Assembly (NCBI GenBank): GCA_002427605.1
Contig: DIRT01000037.1
Coordinates: forward strand, 20,073-84,072
Length of the DNA stretch: 64,000 nucleotides
Direction of reading: 5' to 3'
Source: Bacteroidales bacterium UBA5429
GTDB lineage: Bacteria > Bacteroidota > Bacteroidia > Bacteroidales > WCHB1-69
Position 1 is the stretch's first letter; each line of letters opens with the position of its first letter. The notes under the pieces are model-generated. The model saw only the letters and a program-made list of their open reading frames with translations. It was not told where the DNA came from and did no database searches. A program made the position numbers and the translations under genes. Positions 37,088-46,550 of the stretch are shown here, one piece after another.

Positions 37088-37642
37088 TTATGAGTGTATT
37101 AAATAAAATTCAGCTTCATATTTGTCGTTATAATAATCCAGATAACCTATTAGTGCATAACGATTTTCTTCCCATTTTATTTGTTTATGTAGTGTTTTTA
37201 TTATGGAATTAAAATTAAGGGGGGAGGTAAGCTGTAGGCTGTTCTCACCATATATCTTGTGGCGGATGGCTATCTCTCCTATGACAATGTTGGGCAGGGT
37301 GTAGACAAAGAGTGACGGACTGGGATAGTAATCGCTCTCATCACTAATCGTGTTCTGAAACATCGTATCACTCTCGATGGAGGAGTGGGAGCACGCCAGA
37401 AAGATTTTCATCTCTTCTTTATCTTCTGCCGATAAAGGGCTAAGAAGTAGTTCAGCTGCCAGGAATCCCAATTTGGCAAGTGGGTCCATCTTGAAAAATT
37501 TGGGATAAGCTAACTTAAGCTCTCTGTACAGTTCGCTAAAAAACTGAACATTGGGCATCGATTGATCCCGCTGGAACAGGATTTCTCCTTGAAGGATCAC
37601 CTGATGATTTCTGATTGTGATTGCTCCTTGAACGTTACGCAT
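37088..37642 (-). CDS. hypothetical 184-aa protein (half-thiolase-like KS accessory?)
   Basis: In-operon ORF overlapping the upstream KS by 8 nt; function not recognised. Confidence 0.45.
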   Translation of the reverse strand: MRNVQGAITIRNHQVILQGEILFQRDQSMPNVQFFSELYRELKLAYPKFFKMDPLAKLGFLAAELLLSPLSAEDKEEMKIFLACSHSSIESDTMFQNTISDESDYYPSPSLFVYTLPNIVIGEIAIRHKIYGENSLQLTSPLNFNSIIKTLHKQIKWEENRYALIGYLDYYNDKYEAEFYLIHS

Positions 37643-38798
37643 CCTTCCCCCCTTTTTTTATTAATAAAACAACATTACAACCTCCAAAACCGGAAGCAGT
37701 TTTCAAAGCAAACGGCTTATTACAGTTTCTTTCAGTTGTCACAATATCAAGAGGTTCTGAAATACCCAACTCCTGGAAACCCAAAGTTGGAAAGATGATT
37801 CCCTGTTCCAATGCATGTGCCGAAAGGATACTTTCGATTAATCCCGCAGCCCCCAACGTGTGCCCAAAATAGCCTTTGTAACTGTTGACAGGCAGATGCA
37901 GCAGATTGGCACGCCGGAACGCAATTGACTCCATCTCATCATTGTACAGCGTCGCGGTACCATGCGCATTGATAAATGAAATCTCCGACAGATCAACTGA
38001 TTTCAGCGTTTTTGTCAGTGCGCGATAGAGCCCTTCGCCGGTTCGGGAAGGACCGGAAATATGGTTGGCATCATTGGTGACGGCACCATTTTCGATCGAA
38101 ACAATCCCTTTTTTGGTTTTTGAAAGCACTACAGCAGCAGCTCCTTCGCCAATATTCAAACCGTTACGGTTGAGGTCGAAAGGACGACAAGGGGTGGGGG
38201 AGAGCGCTTTGAAAGATTGAAAACCGGCCACGACAAAAGGGGTAACCAGATCAGCACCTACCACAATCAGATGTTCGTAGGGTTGATTTTCTAGTATGGA
38301 CTTGCCCAGTACTAGCGCCTGAGTTCCTGAAATACAGGCATTAGAGAGAATAATAGGTTGATTACTGTTTTGAAAATGTTGAGTGACCAATTCCGCACTT
38401 TCCCAGATGTGAACGCGTTCAGCATCAAAATTGTGTTTCAAGTTTGAATCCAACAACTCAATATTCCCTTTTGTGGTAGAAAAAAGGAATAAAATATTCT
38501 CTTGTTTGGGGTCAATTTGGGCAGTGTCAACTACTTTTTGGATGACAAATATCATCAGTTGTTCGAAAAAAGTAAATTGTTCTCTGGAGGGCATATCATT
38601 AGTTTGATCCCAGATTTGGTTCCATCGAACTCTGTCAATCTGCGACACCATAGCAGTGGGTTCACTGAGTGTAATCCCTTTTACCTCCCGCATCCCTAAT
38701 TTACCGGCTCTCATCTGATCCAAAACTTCTTGAGTGTTGAACCCCAAGCTGTTAACAATGCAGTCTGCAACAATGTTTACCCCCTGATTGTGTCCCAT
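37635..38798 (-). CDS. beta-ketoacyl-ACP synthase
   Basis: SNACISGTQAL, NAHGTAT, GHTLGAAG. Confidence 0.88.
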   Translation of the reverse strand: MGHNQGVNIVADCIVNSLGFNTQEVLDQMRAGKLGMREVKGITLSEPTAMVSQIDRVRWNQIWDQTNDMPSREQFTFFEQLMIFVIQKVVDTAQIDPKQENILFLFSTTKGNIELLDSNLKHNFDAERVHIWESAELVTQHFQNSNQPIILSNACISGTQALVLGKSILENQPYEHLIVVGADLVTPFVVAGFQSFKALSPTPCRPFDLNRNGLNIGEGAAAVVLSKTKKGIVSIENGAVTNDANHISGPSRTGEGLYRALTKTLKSVDLSEISFINAHGTATLYNDEMESIAFRRANLLHLPVNSYKGYFGHTLGAAGLIESILSAHALEQGIIFPTLGFQELGISEPLDIVTTERNCNKPFALKTASGFGGCNVVLLIKKGGKDA

Positions 38799-38805
38799 TT
38801 AATCT

Positions 38806-39231
38806 CTATTTTAGATGCTCTTTTTTCCAATTCAAATAAAATTCAGGTGCATATAGTTCTAATTCATACTCTTTGTTTAAAAAAGTTTGTACGGATTTGG
38901 CTGTTACACACAGTTTGCCGGTTTTAGCATTAATGACCTCATATTCAAAAATAATTTTTGCAGCTTCTGTTTCGATAAAAATAGCTTTAACAGTTACTTC
39001 ATCGCCATATACCAAAGGAGCTTTGTACAAAATGTCCAATGATACCAATGGTGTAAAAAATCCATTGTCAAATACGAAAAGATAGCTTAATCCATGTTGG
39101 GCGCCAAATGCTTCACGGGCATCTTCAAGGTACTTAACGTAGCTTCCATGCCATACTACTCCCATGGAATCTACTTCGCTAAATCTGATTTTTAGCGTTG
39201 TCTCGGCAGTTAAATTTTTCTTTTTACTCAT
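38806..39231 (-). CDS. 4HBT/YbgC-type acyl thioesterase
   Basis: RFSEVDSMGVVWHGSYVKYLEDAREAF; start ATG 39231 (the track start 39300 runs into the upstream gene). Confidence 0.78.
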   Translation of the reverse strand: MSKKKNLTAETTLKIRFSEVDSMGVVWHGSYVKYLEDAREAFGAQHGLSYLFVFDNGFFTPLVSLDILYKAPLVYGDEVTVKAIFIETEAAKIIFEYEVINAKTGKLCVTAKSVQTFLNKEYELELYAPEFYLNWKKEHLK

Positions 39232-39670
39232 TTCTAATTGCAATTTTAAATTCACCATGTGCAACATCCCGACCTGCACACTTGATCGTACCATAGGCAA
39301 TTTTCATATCCCCAAATTCTGTTGTAATCAGAACTTCAGTAGTTAAAAGATTACCCTGTTTTGGTAGCTCAAAAATAATGAATTTTTTGATAGCACCGAT
39401 AAATCCAACCTGAATCTCTTTATGAAGTATATATTTATTGAAGATTCCCAGGTAAAGAGCACAAGTTTGGGCGACAACTTCTACTAATCCACCCTCTGAA
39501 AGGTGACCCTGATCCATCAACAATGTGTCCTCTTTGATTAAAAACTGAGTAACACACCTTTTTTGATCTGGTTCTAACTCTATAACATGATCCACAAAAA
39601 CAAAAGGAGTTTTTTGTGGAAGAAAATCCATAATATTTAAGTTAGTGATGTCAAAGTTAAGTTTTGTCAT
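39224..39670 (-). CDS. hot-dog fold dehydratase-like protein
   Basis: 148 aa, LSEGGLVEVVAQT central-helix pattern. Confidence 0.55.
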   Translation of the reverse strand: MTKLNFDITNLNIMDFLPQKTPFVFVDHVIELEPDQKRCVTQFLIKEDTLLMDQGHLSEGGLVEVVAQTCALYLGIFNKYILHKEIQVGFIGAIKKFIIFELPKQGNLLTTEVLITTEFGDMKIAYGTIKCAGRDVAHGEFKIAIRNE

Positions 39671-39683
39671 AATGAAGTATAGT

Positions 39684-41033
39684 TTATAATTGATATTTAA
39701 GATATTCCCAGAGAGGTCCTCTTTTTTTTCTTTTTCTTAATCGAGAAATTAATTCTTCATGAGATTCATCCGGAAAAACCCATCTATTTTTTGAATGTGC
39801 AGTTATGCTTTTCAATTGACTTATACTGATGGAATCAGAGATATAGTACTGTGGTTCTAAAAGATTATCATTTTTGATTTTTCCTTCTTGGAGGGCCAAT
39901 CGATGTAATTCAGTCCCAGGGTAGATTCTCATTCCAATAAAAGGAAAAATGATACTGTTATCTAATTGGTCACTATTTTGAATGGTTTCCTGTAAACTTT
40001 CTGCTGTTTCACCCCATCCTCCTAAGATAAGAAAATGACTATGGAAAATACCCAGTTGATTGCAAATCTTTGTAGATTCCACAACATCGCTGAATTGGAA
40101 CTCTTTACGGTAGTTGATCAATTGTTGATCAGAAAAAGAGTCTGTCCCAAATTCGATATGAGTCAAGCCCGATTTTTGGTAGAGTTCCATGCGTTTTTTA
40201 TTCAAATTTCGGGGAATAAAATAGGCTCCCCACTTGATTTTTACTCCACTTTCAATAATCCGATGAGCTAACTCTTCATTGTAATCTTCATGTATGTTAA
40301 AGACTGAGTCAGTGAAAAATAGGTAAATGTTTTTCTCTATTTGCGATAATTCTTTGATGTTTTCCACAATCAATTTGGAGTCCAAGGTGCGTACGGTTTT
40401 TCCTTCAATAACCGGATAAGTACAGTAAATACAATGAAATGGACATCCTCTTTTGGTCTGGATATTCAACATTCCCCCTTCATTCAGGTAAAAACTAGCT
40501 AATTCTGATTCAAATCGTACATTCAGATGCGAAGCATATTCAGTTTTATCGTAACTGTTTTGATTTTTCCAAATCCCTGAAATAGTGCCTACTTCTTTCC
40601 CGTTTTTTAAGGCTAAGCTCAGGTCACAAAGTACTTTTTCACCCTCTCCAACAACCACATAATCGACACCTAAATAGTCAGAGATTTCCTGTGGAAAGAT
40701 AGAAACAGCCGGACCACCGGCTACAATGGGAGTGGTACTACTCTCTCTGATTGTCCGGCAAATAGTACGATAATGGGTCATAAAGCTCTCTTGAGCGTAG
40801 TAATTGACATCGTCACTATTGCGAAGTGAGAGTGCAATGAGATCATATTGGTTATTCAACAACTGTTGACGGAGTGAATCGTAGGAGTTGAAGTTGAAGT
40901 CGAACAGATCTACTTGCCAGTCAGGATAATGGTCATGGATATAGGTTTTGATATAGGAAGCACCTATAGGATACACTTTGTAGGGTATTCCGTAAGTATT
41001 AGCCGATATCAATAAGATTTTGTTATGCTCCAT
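39684..41033 (-). CDS. B12-binding-domain radical SAM enzyme (copy 2)
   Basis: N-terminal B12-like domain; CPFHCIYC cluster motif. Confidence 0.8.
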   Translation of the reverse strand: MEHNKILLISANTYGIPYKVYPIGASYIKTYIHDHYPDWQVDLFDFNFNSYDSLRQQLLNNQYDLIALSLRNSDDVNYYAQESFMTHYRTICRTIRESSTTPIVAGGPAVSIFPQEISDYLGVDYVVVGEGEKVLCDLSLALKNGKEVGTISGIWKNQNSYDKTEYASHLNVRFESELASFYLNEGGMLNIQTKRGCPFHCIYCTYPVIEGKTVRTLDSKLIVENIKELSQIEKNIYLFFTDSVFNIHEDYNEELAHRIIESGVKIKWGAYFIPRNLNKKRMELYQKSGLTHIEFGTDSFSDQQLINYRKEFQFSDVVESTKICNQLGIFHSHFLILGGWGETAESLQETIQNSDQLDNSIIFPFIGMRIYPGTELHRLALQEGKIKNDNLLEPQYYISDSISISQLKSITAHSKNRWVFPDESHEELISRLRKRKKRGPLWEYLKYQL

Positions 41034-41952
41034 ATTCCTTTCCGTTGCAAATCAGATCTGTTATTTGTTGATCCCAAAATGGGAAAAAATTGTACCATTG
41101 TGTTGGATGTTGTTTCACAACTTCTTCAAGTTGTGTGACATATGTGTTACCCATTTGAATGACTTGCTCTTTTTTTCTTCCGGTGAACTGTTCATCACTC
41201 ACCTGATGAATGTAAACACGGAATTTTTTATATCCGGTTTTGATTACGAAAATAGATAACACCGGTATTTCCAAAGTAGCAGCAATCTGATATACTCCAA
41301 TGGGAAATTTGGCGTCATATCCTAAAAATGGAACAGTAAAATCTTTGATTTCATTGTAAGTTCTGTCAGCAGGCATGCTGACAATTCCTCCCGATTGCAA
41401 AGCATTGTGAATCTCAAAAATATAATCACCGGTAGGATTGAGAATAATCGGTTTGATTTGATGTTCCATAAAAAGAGATTCGCGCATTCGCTGATAAACC
41501 TCCGCTTCGCCTCCAAAAAGAATGGGATGAACTGTTTTTAGATTCTCTTTAATGAAATAGCCAAAAAGTTCGAAATTACCGACATGGGCGCTGACCAACA
41601 AAAATCCTTTTTCTCCGTGATAAAATTGGTCAAAAAGTTCCTGGTTAACAATCTCAAAATCAAATTTTCGTTTGGGATTACCCAGCATTGCAAAACGATC
41701 TAGAAAAAGTTGTCCAAAACTTTTATAGATCTGAAAGATAAAGGGAAGGTGCCATTTCCGATTTTTATTGCCCACTTTTTGGGCATACCAACGTGTTGCA
41801 CGATATCCCTTGCGATCAAAAATAAGGTAAAAAGGGATCACCAGATAAAGTACAAGATAGAGCAATCTCAGGCTCCCATATCTGAAGTAGTAAAGTACAA
41901 ATTTTTGTCCCCACTTACCTCCTTGAGTTTTGCCGCTCCAAGCTCTCTTCAT
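41023..41952 (-). CDS. LpxL/HtrB-family lysophospholipid acyltransferase
   Basis: SAHVGNFE (HX4E) motif, N-terminal TM. Confidence 0.78.
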   Translation of the reverse strand: MKRAWSGKTQGGKWGQKFVLYYFRYGSLRLLYLVLYLVIPFYLIFDRKGYRATRWYAQKVGNKNRKWHLPFIFQIYKSFGQLFLDRFAMLGNPKRKFDFEIVNQELFDQFYHGEKGFLLVSAHVGNFELFGYFIKENLKTVHPILFGGEAEVYQRMRESLFMEHQIKPIILNPTGDYIFEIHNALQSGGIVSMPADRTYNEIKDFTVPFLGYDAKFPIGVYQIAATLEIPVLSIFVIKTGYKKFRVYIHQVSDEQFTGRKKEQVIQMGNTYVTQLEEVVKQHPTQWYNFFPFWDQQITDLICNGKEYGA

Positions 41953-41959
41953 GTGTGCT

Positions 41960-42205
41960 TTATGAGTTAACCTTTTTTTCTATATAGTCATAAAAAGCGC
42001 CTAATGTTTTTACATTAGTCATCTCTTCGGGTTTTATCTTAAAGCCAAATTCACGTTCTACTATTACAACGACATCTACAAAATCTAAGCTGTCAATTCC
42101 TAAATCTTCTTTTAGCAAAGCCTCTTCATTCAGTAATTCTTCCTCGATCTCAATCTCTTCAATTAGAAAAAGATTAATTTTTTCAATAATTTCGCTTCTT
42201 TCCAT
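41960..42205 (-). CDS. acyl carrier protein
   Basis: LGIDSLDFVDVV; 81 aa. Confidence 0.88.
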   Translation of the reverse strand: MERSEIIEKINLFLIEEIEIEEELLNEEALLKEDLGIDSLDFVDVVVIVEREFGFKIKPEEMTNVKTLGAFYDYIEKKVNS

Positions 42206-42222
42206 CTTTGTGATTTTTAGTT

Positions 42223-43443
42223 TTATTCTTGATGTTTTTTAATTACTAAAGCACTGTTAGTTCCTCCAAATCCAAAAGAATTAGAGAGGATATAGTTTAC
42301 ATTCTTTTCCGTTTTTTTATTGATAACATTGATTCCGGCACTCTGCTCGTCCGGTTCTTCAAAGTTGATATTGGGGGCAATAAAGTCATGGTGCATCATT
42401 AAGACGGAGTAAACAATCTCACTGGCTCCTGCCATCCAGCACTCATGTCCCGTCATACTTTTAGTTGAGCTGACCGGTGTTTGATCCCCAAATAGCTTAT
42501 TGATCGCCATGGCCTCAAAACCATCTCCCAAAGGAGTGGAAGTGGCGTGTGCGTTAATATAATCGATCTGTTCAGGAGTAAGTTGTGCATCCCGTAGTGC
42601 CATCGACATGGCGCGATAGGATCCTTCATTGGTGGGTTGTGAGATATGTGATCCATTGGAAGAGAATCCATATCCGACTACTTCTGCTAAAATAGGTGCT
42701 CCCCGTTTGATAGCATGTTCATACTCTTCTAAGATGAGCGTCGCAGCACCACCACTGGGTACTAGTCCATCTCTGTTTTTGTCGAACGGGCGGGATGCTT
42801 TGGTAGGTTCATCAATCCGCACAGAAAACGCACTTAATGCATCAAAACTTCCCATGGAGTACGCATTGATCTCCTGCGCTCCTCCACACAAAACCATCTC
42901 TTGCATGCCATGTCTGATAAAGTGGTATCCCATACCTAATGCATGAGAACCACTCGCACAAGCTGCACTGATGGTGAAGTTGATCCCTTTAAGTTTAAAA
43001 ATAGTGGACAGGTTCATCGTTACGGTCGAGTTCATAGACTGAAATATGGCACCGGAACCCAATAACATAGTGTCTTTTTTGAGTTTTACGAGTTCATGTG
43101 CTTCAATCACAGCCTTAGCTGAACTGTCATTCCCGTATAGAATTCCGATCTCGTTATTGTCAAGATAATCATCGTCAATCAATGCTTGTTCCAATGCTTC
43201 CAAAGAAGCAACATAAGCAAAAATTCCCTCTTCAGCCAGCCCGGTACGTAATCTTCGGTCTAATTTTCCCTTGAGATTGGGGACTTCTAAGATGCCTGTC
43301 AGTGGGGAGCGAAACCCCATTTCGGTTCTGAAAGGTTCAATCCCAATTCCGGATTTCCCATTTTGAAGGGAGAGTAATACTTCCTCTTTATTTTTTCCAA
43401 TGCTGGAGTAAATTCCCATTCCTGTAATTACAACTCTTTTCAT
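42223..43443 (-). CDS. beta-ketoacyl-ACP synthase (FabB/FabF-like)
   Basis: SAACASGSHAL, NAHATSTPLGD, GHECWMAGA. Confidence 0.9.
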   Translation of the reverse strand: MKRVVITGMGIYSSIGKNKEEVLLSLQNGKSGIGIEPFRTEMGFRSPLTGILEVPNLKGKLDRRLRTGLAEEGIFAYVASLEALEQALIDDDYLDNNEIGILYGNDSSAKAVIEAHELVKLKKDTMLLGSGAIFQSMNSTVTMNLSTIFKLKGINFTISAACASGSHALGMGYHFIRHGMQEMVLCGGAQEINAYSMGSFDALSAFSVRIDEPTKASRPFDKNRDGLVPSGGAATLILEEYEHAIKRGAPILAEVVGYGFSSNGSHISQPTNEGSYRAMSMALRDAQLTPEQIDYINAHATSTPLGDGFEAMAINKLFGDQTPVSSTKSMTGHECWMAGASEIVYSVLMMHHDFIAPNINFEEPDEQSAGINVINKKTEKNVNYILSNSFGFGGTNSALVIKKHQE

Positions 43444-43454
43444 GCTTTTTTAGA

Positions 43455-44183
43455 TTAAGTGTATAAGCCTCCATTGACAGAGATAACTTCTCCGGTGATA
43501 TAAGATGCGTTTTTAGATGCCAAAAAAGCTACCACAGCAGCAACCTCTTCCGGATTTCCAAAACGTCCCATTGGAATTAAAGTTTTGAGTTCTGATTCAG
43601 GTAATTCGGCAGTCATGTCAGTATGAATAAATCCGGGAGCTACACAGTTTACAGTCACTTTTCGAGGTGCTACCTCTTGTGCCAACGCTTTGGAAGCACC
43701 GATAATACCGGCTTTGGCAGCACTGTAGTTGGTTTGACCCGGTAATCCTTTGATTCCTGACAATGAAACTACATTGATAATTCTGCCATATCGTTTGGTT
43801 AGCATCCCCTTAAGCAGTCGGCGAGTAGTGTAGAAAAATCCGTTGAGGTGTGTATTGATGATGGAATGCCAGTCCTCATTTTGCATAAAAATCATCAAAT
43901 TATCCTTACGAATTCCGGCATTGTTAACTAAAACTTCGATTTGATCCTCTGGGTGATCCTTCTCCCACTGCAGAAGCGCCTGGTCAACCTGTTGTTCATC
44001 CGATACATCAAAAGGAAGTAGTTCTCCATCGCCGCCTTCAGCTCTGATCAATCGGAGTGTTTCTTCTGCTGCCTCTGTATTAGAGTGATAGTTGATAATG
44101 ACCCGGTATCCCATCTTGCTGATAGCTAAGGCAATAGCTCTGCCTATTCCTCTTGACCCACCTGTTACTAATCCGTATTTCAT
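43455..44183 (-). CDS. 3-oxoacyl-ACP reductase (SDR)
   Basis: TGGSRGIGRAIA and YSAAKAG. Confidence 0.9.
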   Translation of the reverse strand: MKYGLVTGGSRGIGRAIALAISKMGYRVIINYHSNTEAAEETLRLIRAEGGDGELLPFDVSDEQQVDQALLQWEKDHPEDQIEVLVNNAGIRKDNLMIFMQNEDWHSIINTHLNGFFYTTRRLLKGMLTKRYGRIINVVSLSGIKGLPGQTNYSAAKAGIIGASKALAQEVAPRKVTVNCVAPGFIHTDMTAELPESELKTLIPMGRFGNPEEVAAVVAFLASKNASYITGEVISVNGGLYT

Positions 44184-44192
44184 ATTGAGTTT

Positions 44193-45719
44193 CTATTTAT
44201 CGTTCATATTCATAATCCACTCTTTCACTTTCAAAATCTCCTCATACTTAGGAGTATCCTCAATAAATTTGGGAACAAGAGAGCGGATTTGTTCATATTT
44301 TTCTTTAGTTTGAGATCCTATCTTGGAGTGATCTTCTATAAATTCGTAAGCTTGAGCAAGAGCAATCAAATAGATAGCCATCACTTCAAACCCATTTTCA
44401 ATCACTTGAGCAGTAATGAGAGCACTATTGGTACCCATGCTGACAATATCTTGATTATCATTGTTGTTGGGGATAGAGTGAACATAGTTAGGGAATCCCA
44501 GTGTTTGACTTTCAGCCGTAGTTGAGGTGGCTGTAAATTGCATCGCTTGCATACCTAAGTTGAGTCCCAATTTGCCATGGTTTAAAAATGGAGGGAACTG
44601 TTGATTTAATTTGTCGTTCATAAGGAAGTTTAATTGCCTTTCTGCCAGCATAGTGAGGCGGATGATCGCAATTTTTAACTTGTCCATTTCTAAGGAGATA
44701 TAATCCCCATGGAAATTGCTTCCATGATAAATCGTTTGATCTCGGTAATCAACAACCGGATTGTCATTAGAAGAGTTGATTTCATCAACAATAACCTTTT
44801 CAGCCTGGTTAATAGTATCTAAAATAGGACCCAATATTTGTGGAGCAGAACGAAGTGAGTAGTATTCTTGTACCTTTCTTGATAAAATCTCTTCGGAAGG
44901 AATCTGATCATGATCCTTCTCATATCTTTCTCTCATCAGCTGACTGTCGGCAAGAATTTCACTCATCATACCGGCTACTTTACGTTGCCCGTAGTGATGT
45001 TTTTTGCTATTCAACTGAATAGAGTAGTGGTCATTACAGGAAGAGACTACTTCATTCACCATCGCAGATGTCATTACAGCCAGGTGGAATAGTTTTTTTG
45101 CCTGAACCAGATTGATTAATGCGATACCACTCATAACAGAGGTGCCATTGATCAAGGAGAGACCATCACGAATATAGAGTTGGAGAGGATCTATCTGCAA
45201 GTGTTTAAGTACAGAGCGAGTAGTTGCCTTCCCCCCCTTATATATTACTTCACCTTCACCAATCAAAGCCAAAGCCAGGTGCGCTAATTGAACTAAATCA
45301 CCACTGGCTCCTACACTCCCATGTTGATAAATCACCGGATAGATTTCATGGTTGATAAAAAGCTGCAATTGAGAAATGGTTGACGGGTGTACGCCGGAAT
45401 AACCCCTCAAAAGAGAGACTAAGCGGCAGATTAATGCAGCGCGAACTTGCAGAGGAGTGAGCTCTTTGCCTGTTCCTGTTGCGTGACTGCGAACGAGATT
45501 GTACTGGAGTTGCGTAATATCTTCATCATGAATCCGATATTGAGCCATGGGACCAAAGCCGGTGTTTACTCCATAAACCAATCTCTCTTTTGAAAATTCT
45601 TGTAAAAAAAGGAAGGATTGCTCAACATCCCGGAGAGCTTCACTATCTATTTCAATAGATTCTCCCCAAATGAGCTTAACTAGTTCGTCAAAACTATGAT
45701 AATGATTGGTTAAAATCAT
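44193..45719 (-). CDS. MIO-dependent aromatic amino acid ammonia-lyase, probable tyrosine ammonia-lyase (flexirubin starter)
   Basis: GSVGASGDLVQLAH (Ala-Ser-Gly MIO triad at about 45300-45308), YGVNTGFGPMA; first gene of the polyene operon. Confidence 0.85.
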   Translation of the reverse strand: MILTNHYHSFDELVKLIWGESIEIDSEALRDVEQSFLFLQEFSKERLVYGVNTGFGPMAQYRIHDEDITQLQYNLVRSHATGTGKELTPLQVRAALICRLVSLLRGYSGVHPSTISQLQLFINHEIYPVIYQHGSVGASGDLVQLAHLALALIGEGEVIYKGGKATTRSVLKHLQIDPLQLYIRDGLSLINGTSVMSGIALINLVQAKKLFHLAVMTSAMVNEVVSSCNDHYSIQLNSKKHHYGQRKVAGMMSEILADSQLMRERYEKDHDQIPSEEILSRKVQEYYSLRSAPQILGPILDTINQAEKVIVDEINSSNDNPVVDYRDQTIYHGSNFHGDYISLEMDKLKIAIIRLTMLAERQLNFLMNDKLNQQFPPFLNHGKLGLNLGMQAMQFTATSTTAESQTLGFPNYVHSIPNNNDNQDIVSMGTNSALITAQVIENGFEVMAIYLIALAQAYEFIEDHSKIGSQTKEKYEQIRSLVPKFIEDTPKYEEILKVKEWIMNMNDK

Positions 45720-45774
45720 ACTACTATTATTATTGTTTTAGATTTTCACTGTATCTACTGTAAAATACAACCTG

Positions 45775-45782
45775 CAAAGATA
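45775..45782 (-). promoter_or_regulatory. -7 box tatctttg (minus strand), promoter of the pigment operon
   Basis: 56 nt upstream of ATG 45719; no other box inside the 24-gene run. Confidence 0.55.
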
Positions 45783-45815
45783 CAAATTTTCTGAATAATT
45801 ATTACAGTAAATCAA

Positions 45816-45857
45816 GAAAACAAAAAATCTGAATACAATGTTACTTGTATTCAGATT
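45816..45857 (-). terminator. intrinsic terminator of the OMP gene
   Basis: 13-bp stem aatctgaatacaa/ttgtattcagatt, followed on the minus strand by ttttttgtttt. Confidence 0.85.
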
Positions 45858-45890
45858 CTGAAAAGTAATAAAAGTTAAATTATTATCTTC

Positions 45891-46406
45891 TTAAAATTGG
45901 AAAGTAAGCCCGGCAGAAAGGAAAACAATTCCATATCCGGCTGAGGCATAAACTCCAAAATTAGGGGCAAAGAAATACTTAGCTCCCACGTAAGCTCCGG
46001 GCACAAACAGGGTGTTTGTGGTATTTACTTGATTTTCCCAATAAGTGTGTTGAAAACCAACCATGGGACCTCCAAAAAAGTCAAGATTGTCAACAATAGA
46101 GTAATGCAGTTCTGCACGTACACCCACAAGAGTACTCCACCCTCTATTAGAATTGGGATTATTCAGAACAAACTGAGGCCCCCAAAAAGAGTAACCAAAA
46201 TATCCTCCAACACCCAAGGTGAGTCCGGGAGCACCAAAAAGATTATCAACAATACCTACGGTGTAACTAAATTCTAAAGGTAATCCCCTAACACCAACTC
46301 CCGTACCAATATTAAAAGTATGATCTCCTTTCTTAAAAATGGGAGATTGTGCAGACACTAAACCAGCTGTAAAAACAGCTATAAACAGCAAGGCGATTTT
46401 TTTCAT
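45891..46406 (-). CDS. small outer-membrane beta-barrel protein
   Basis: Signal peptide ...VSAQ, alternating Gly/aromatic strands, C-terminal LTFQF. Confidence 0.7.
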   Translation of the reverse strand: MKKIALLFIAVFTAGLVSAQSPIFKKGDHTFNIGTGVGVRGLPLEFSYTVGIVDNLFGAPGLTLGVGGYFGYSFWGPQFVLNNPNSNRGWSTLVGVRAELHYSIVDNLDFFGGPMVGFQHTYWENQVNTTNTLFVPGAYVGAKYFFAPNFGVYASAGYGIVFLSAGLTFQF

Positions 46407-46486
46407 GATGAATACATATTTAATTTTTAATTCTTTTTGCTAATAAATAGATTTCATGGTCAATTCAAAACATAAATTTAAGATTG

Positions 46487-46494
46487 CAAAAGTA
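46487..46494 (-). promoter_or_regulatory. -7 box tacttttg (minus strand) for the OMP gene
   Basis: 81 nt upstream of ATG 46406. Confidence 0.45.
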
Positions 46495-46550
46495 CAAATT
46501 AAATTGGAAAAATTGGAGACTTATTGATTTTTTTCCAAAGATTTAATCAA

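Noticed and set aside
44193-45719. Histidine ammonia-lyase of the hut pathway
   Set aside because: There are no hutU, hutI or hutG neighbours. The gene is the first cistron of a polyene/FAS-like operon, so TAL is favoured despite the Ser-His residues.
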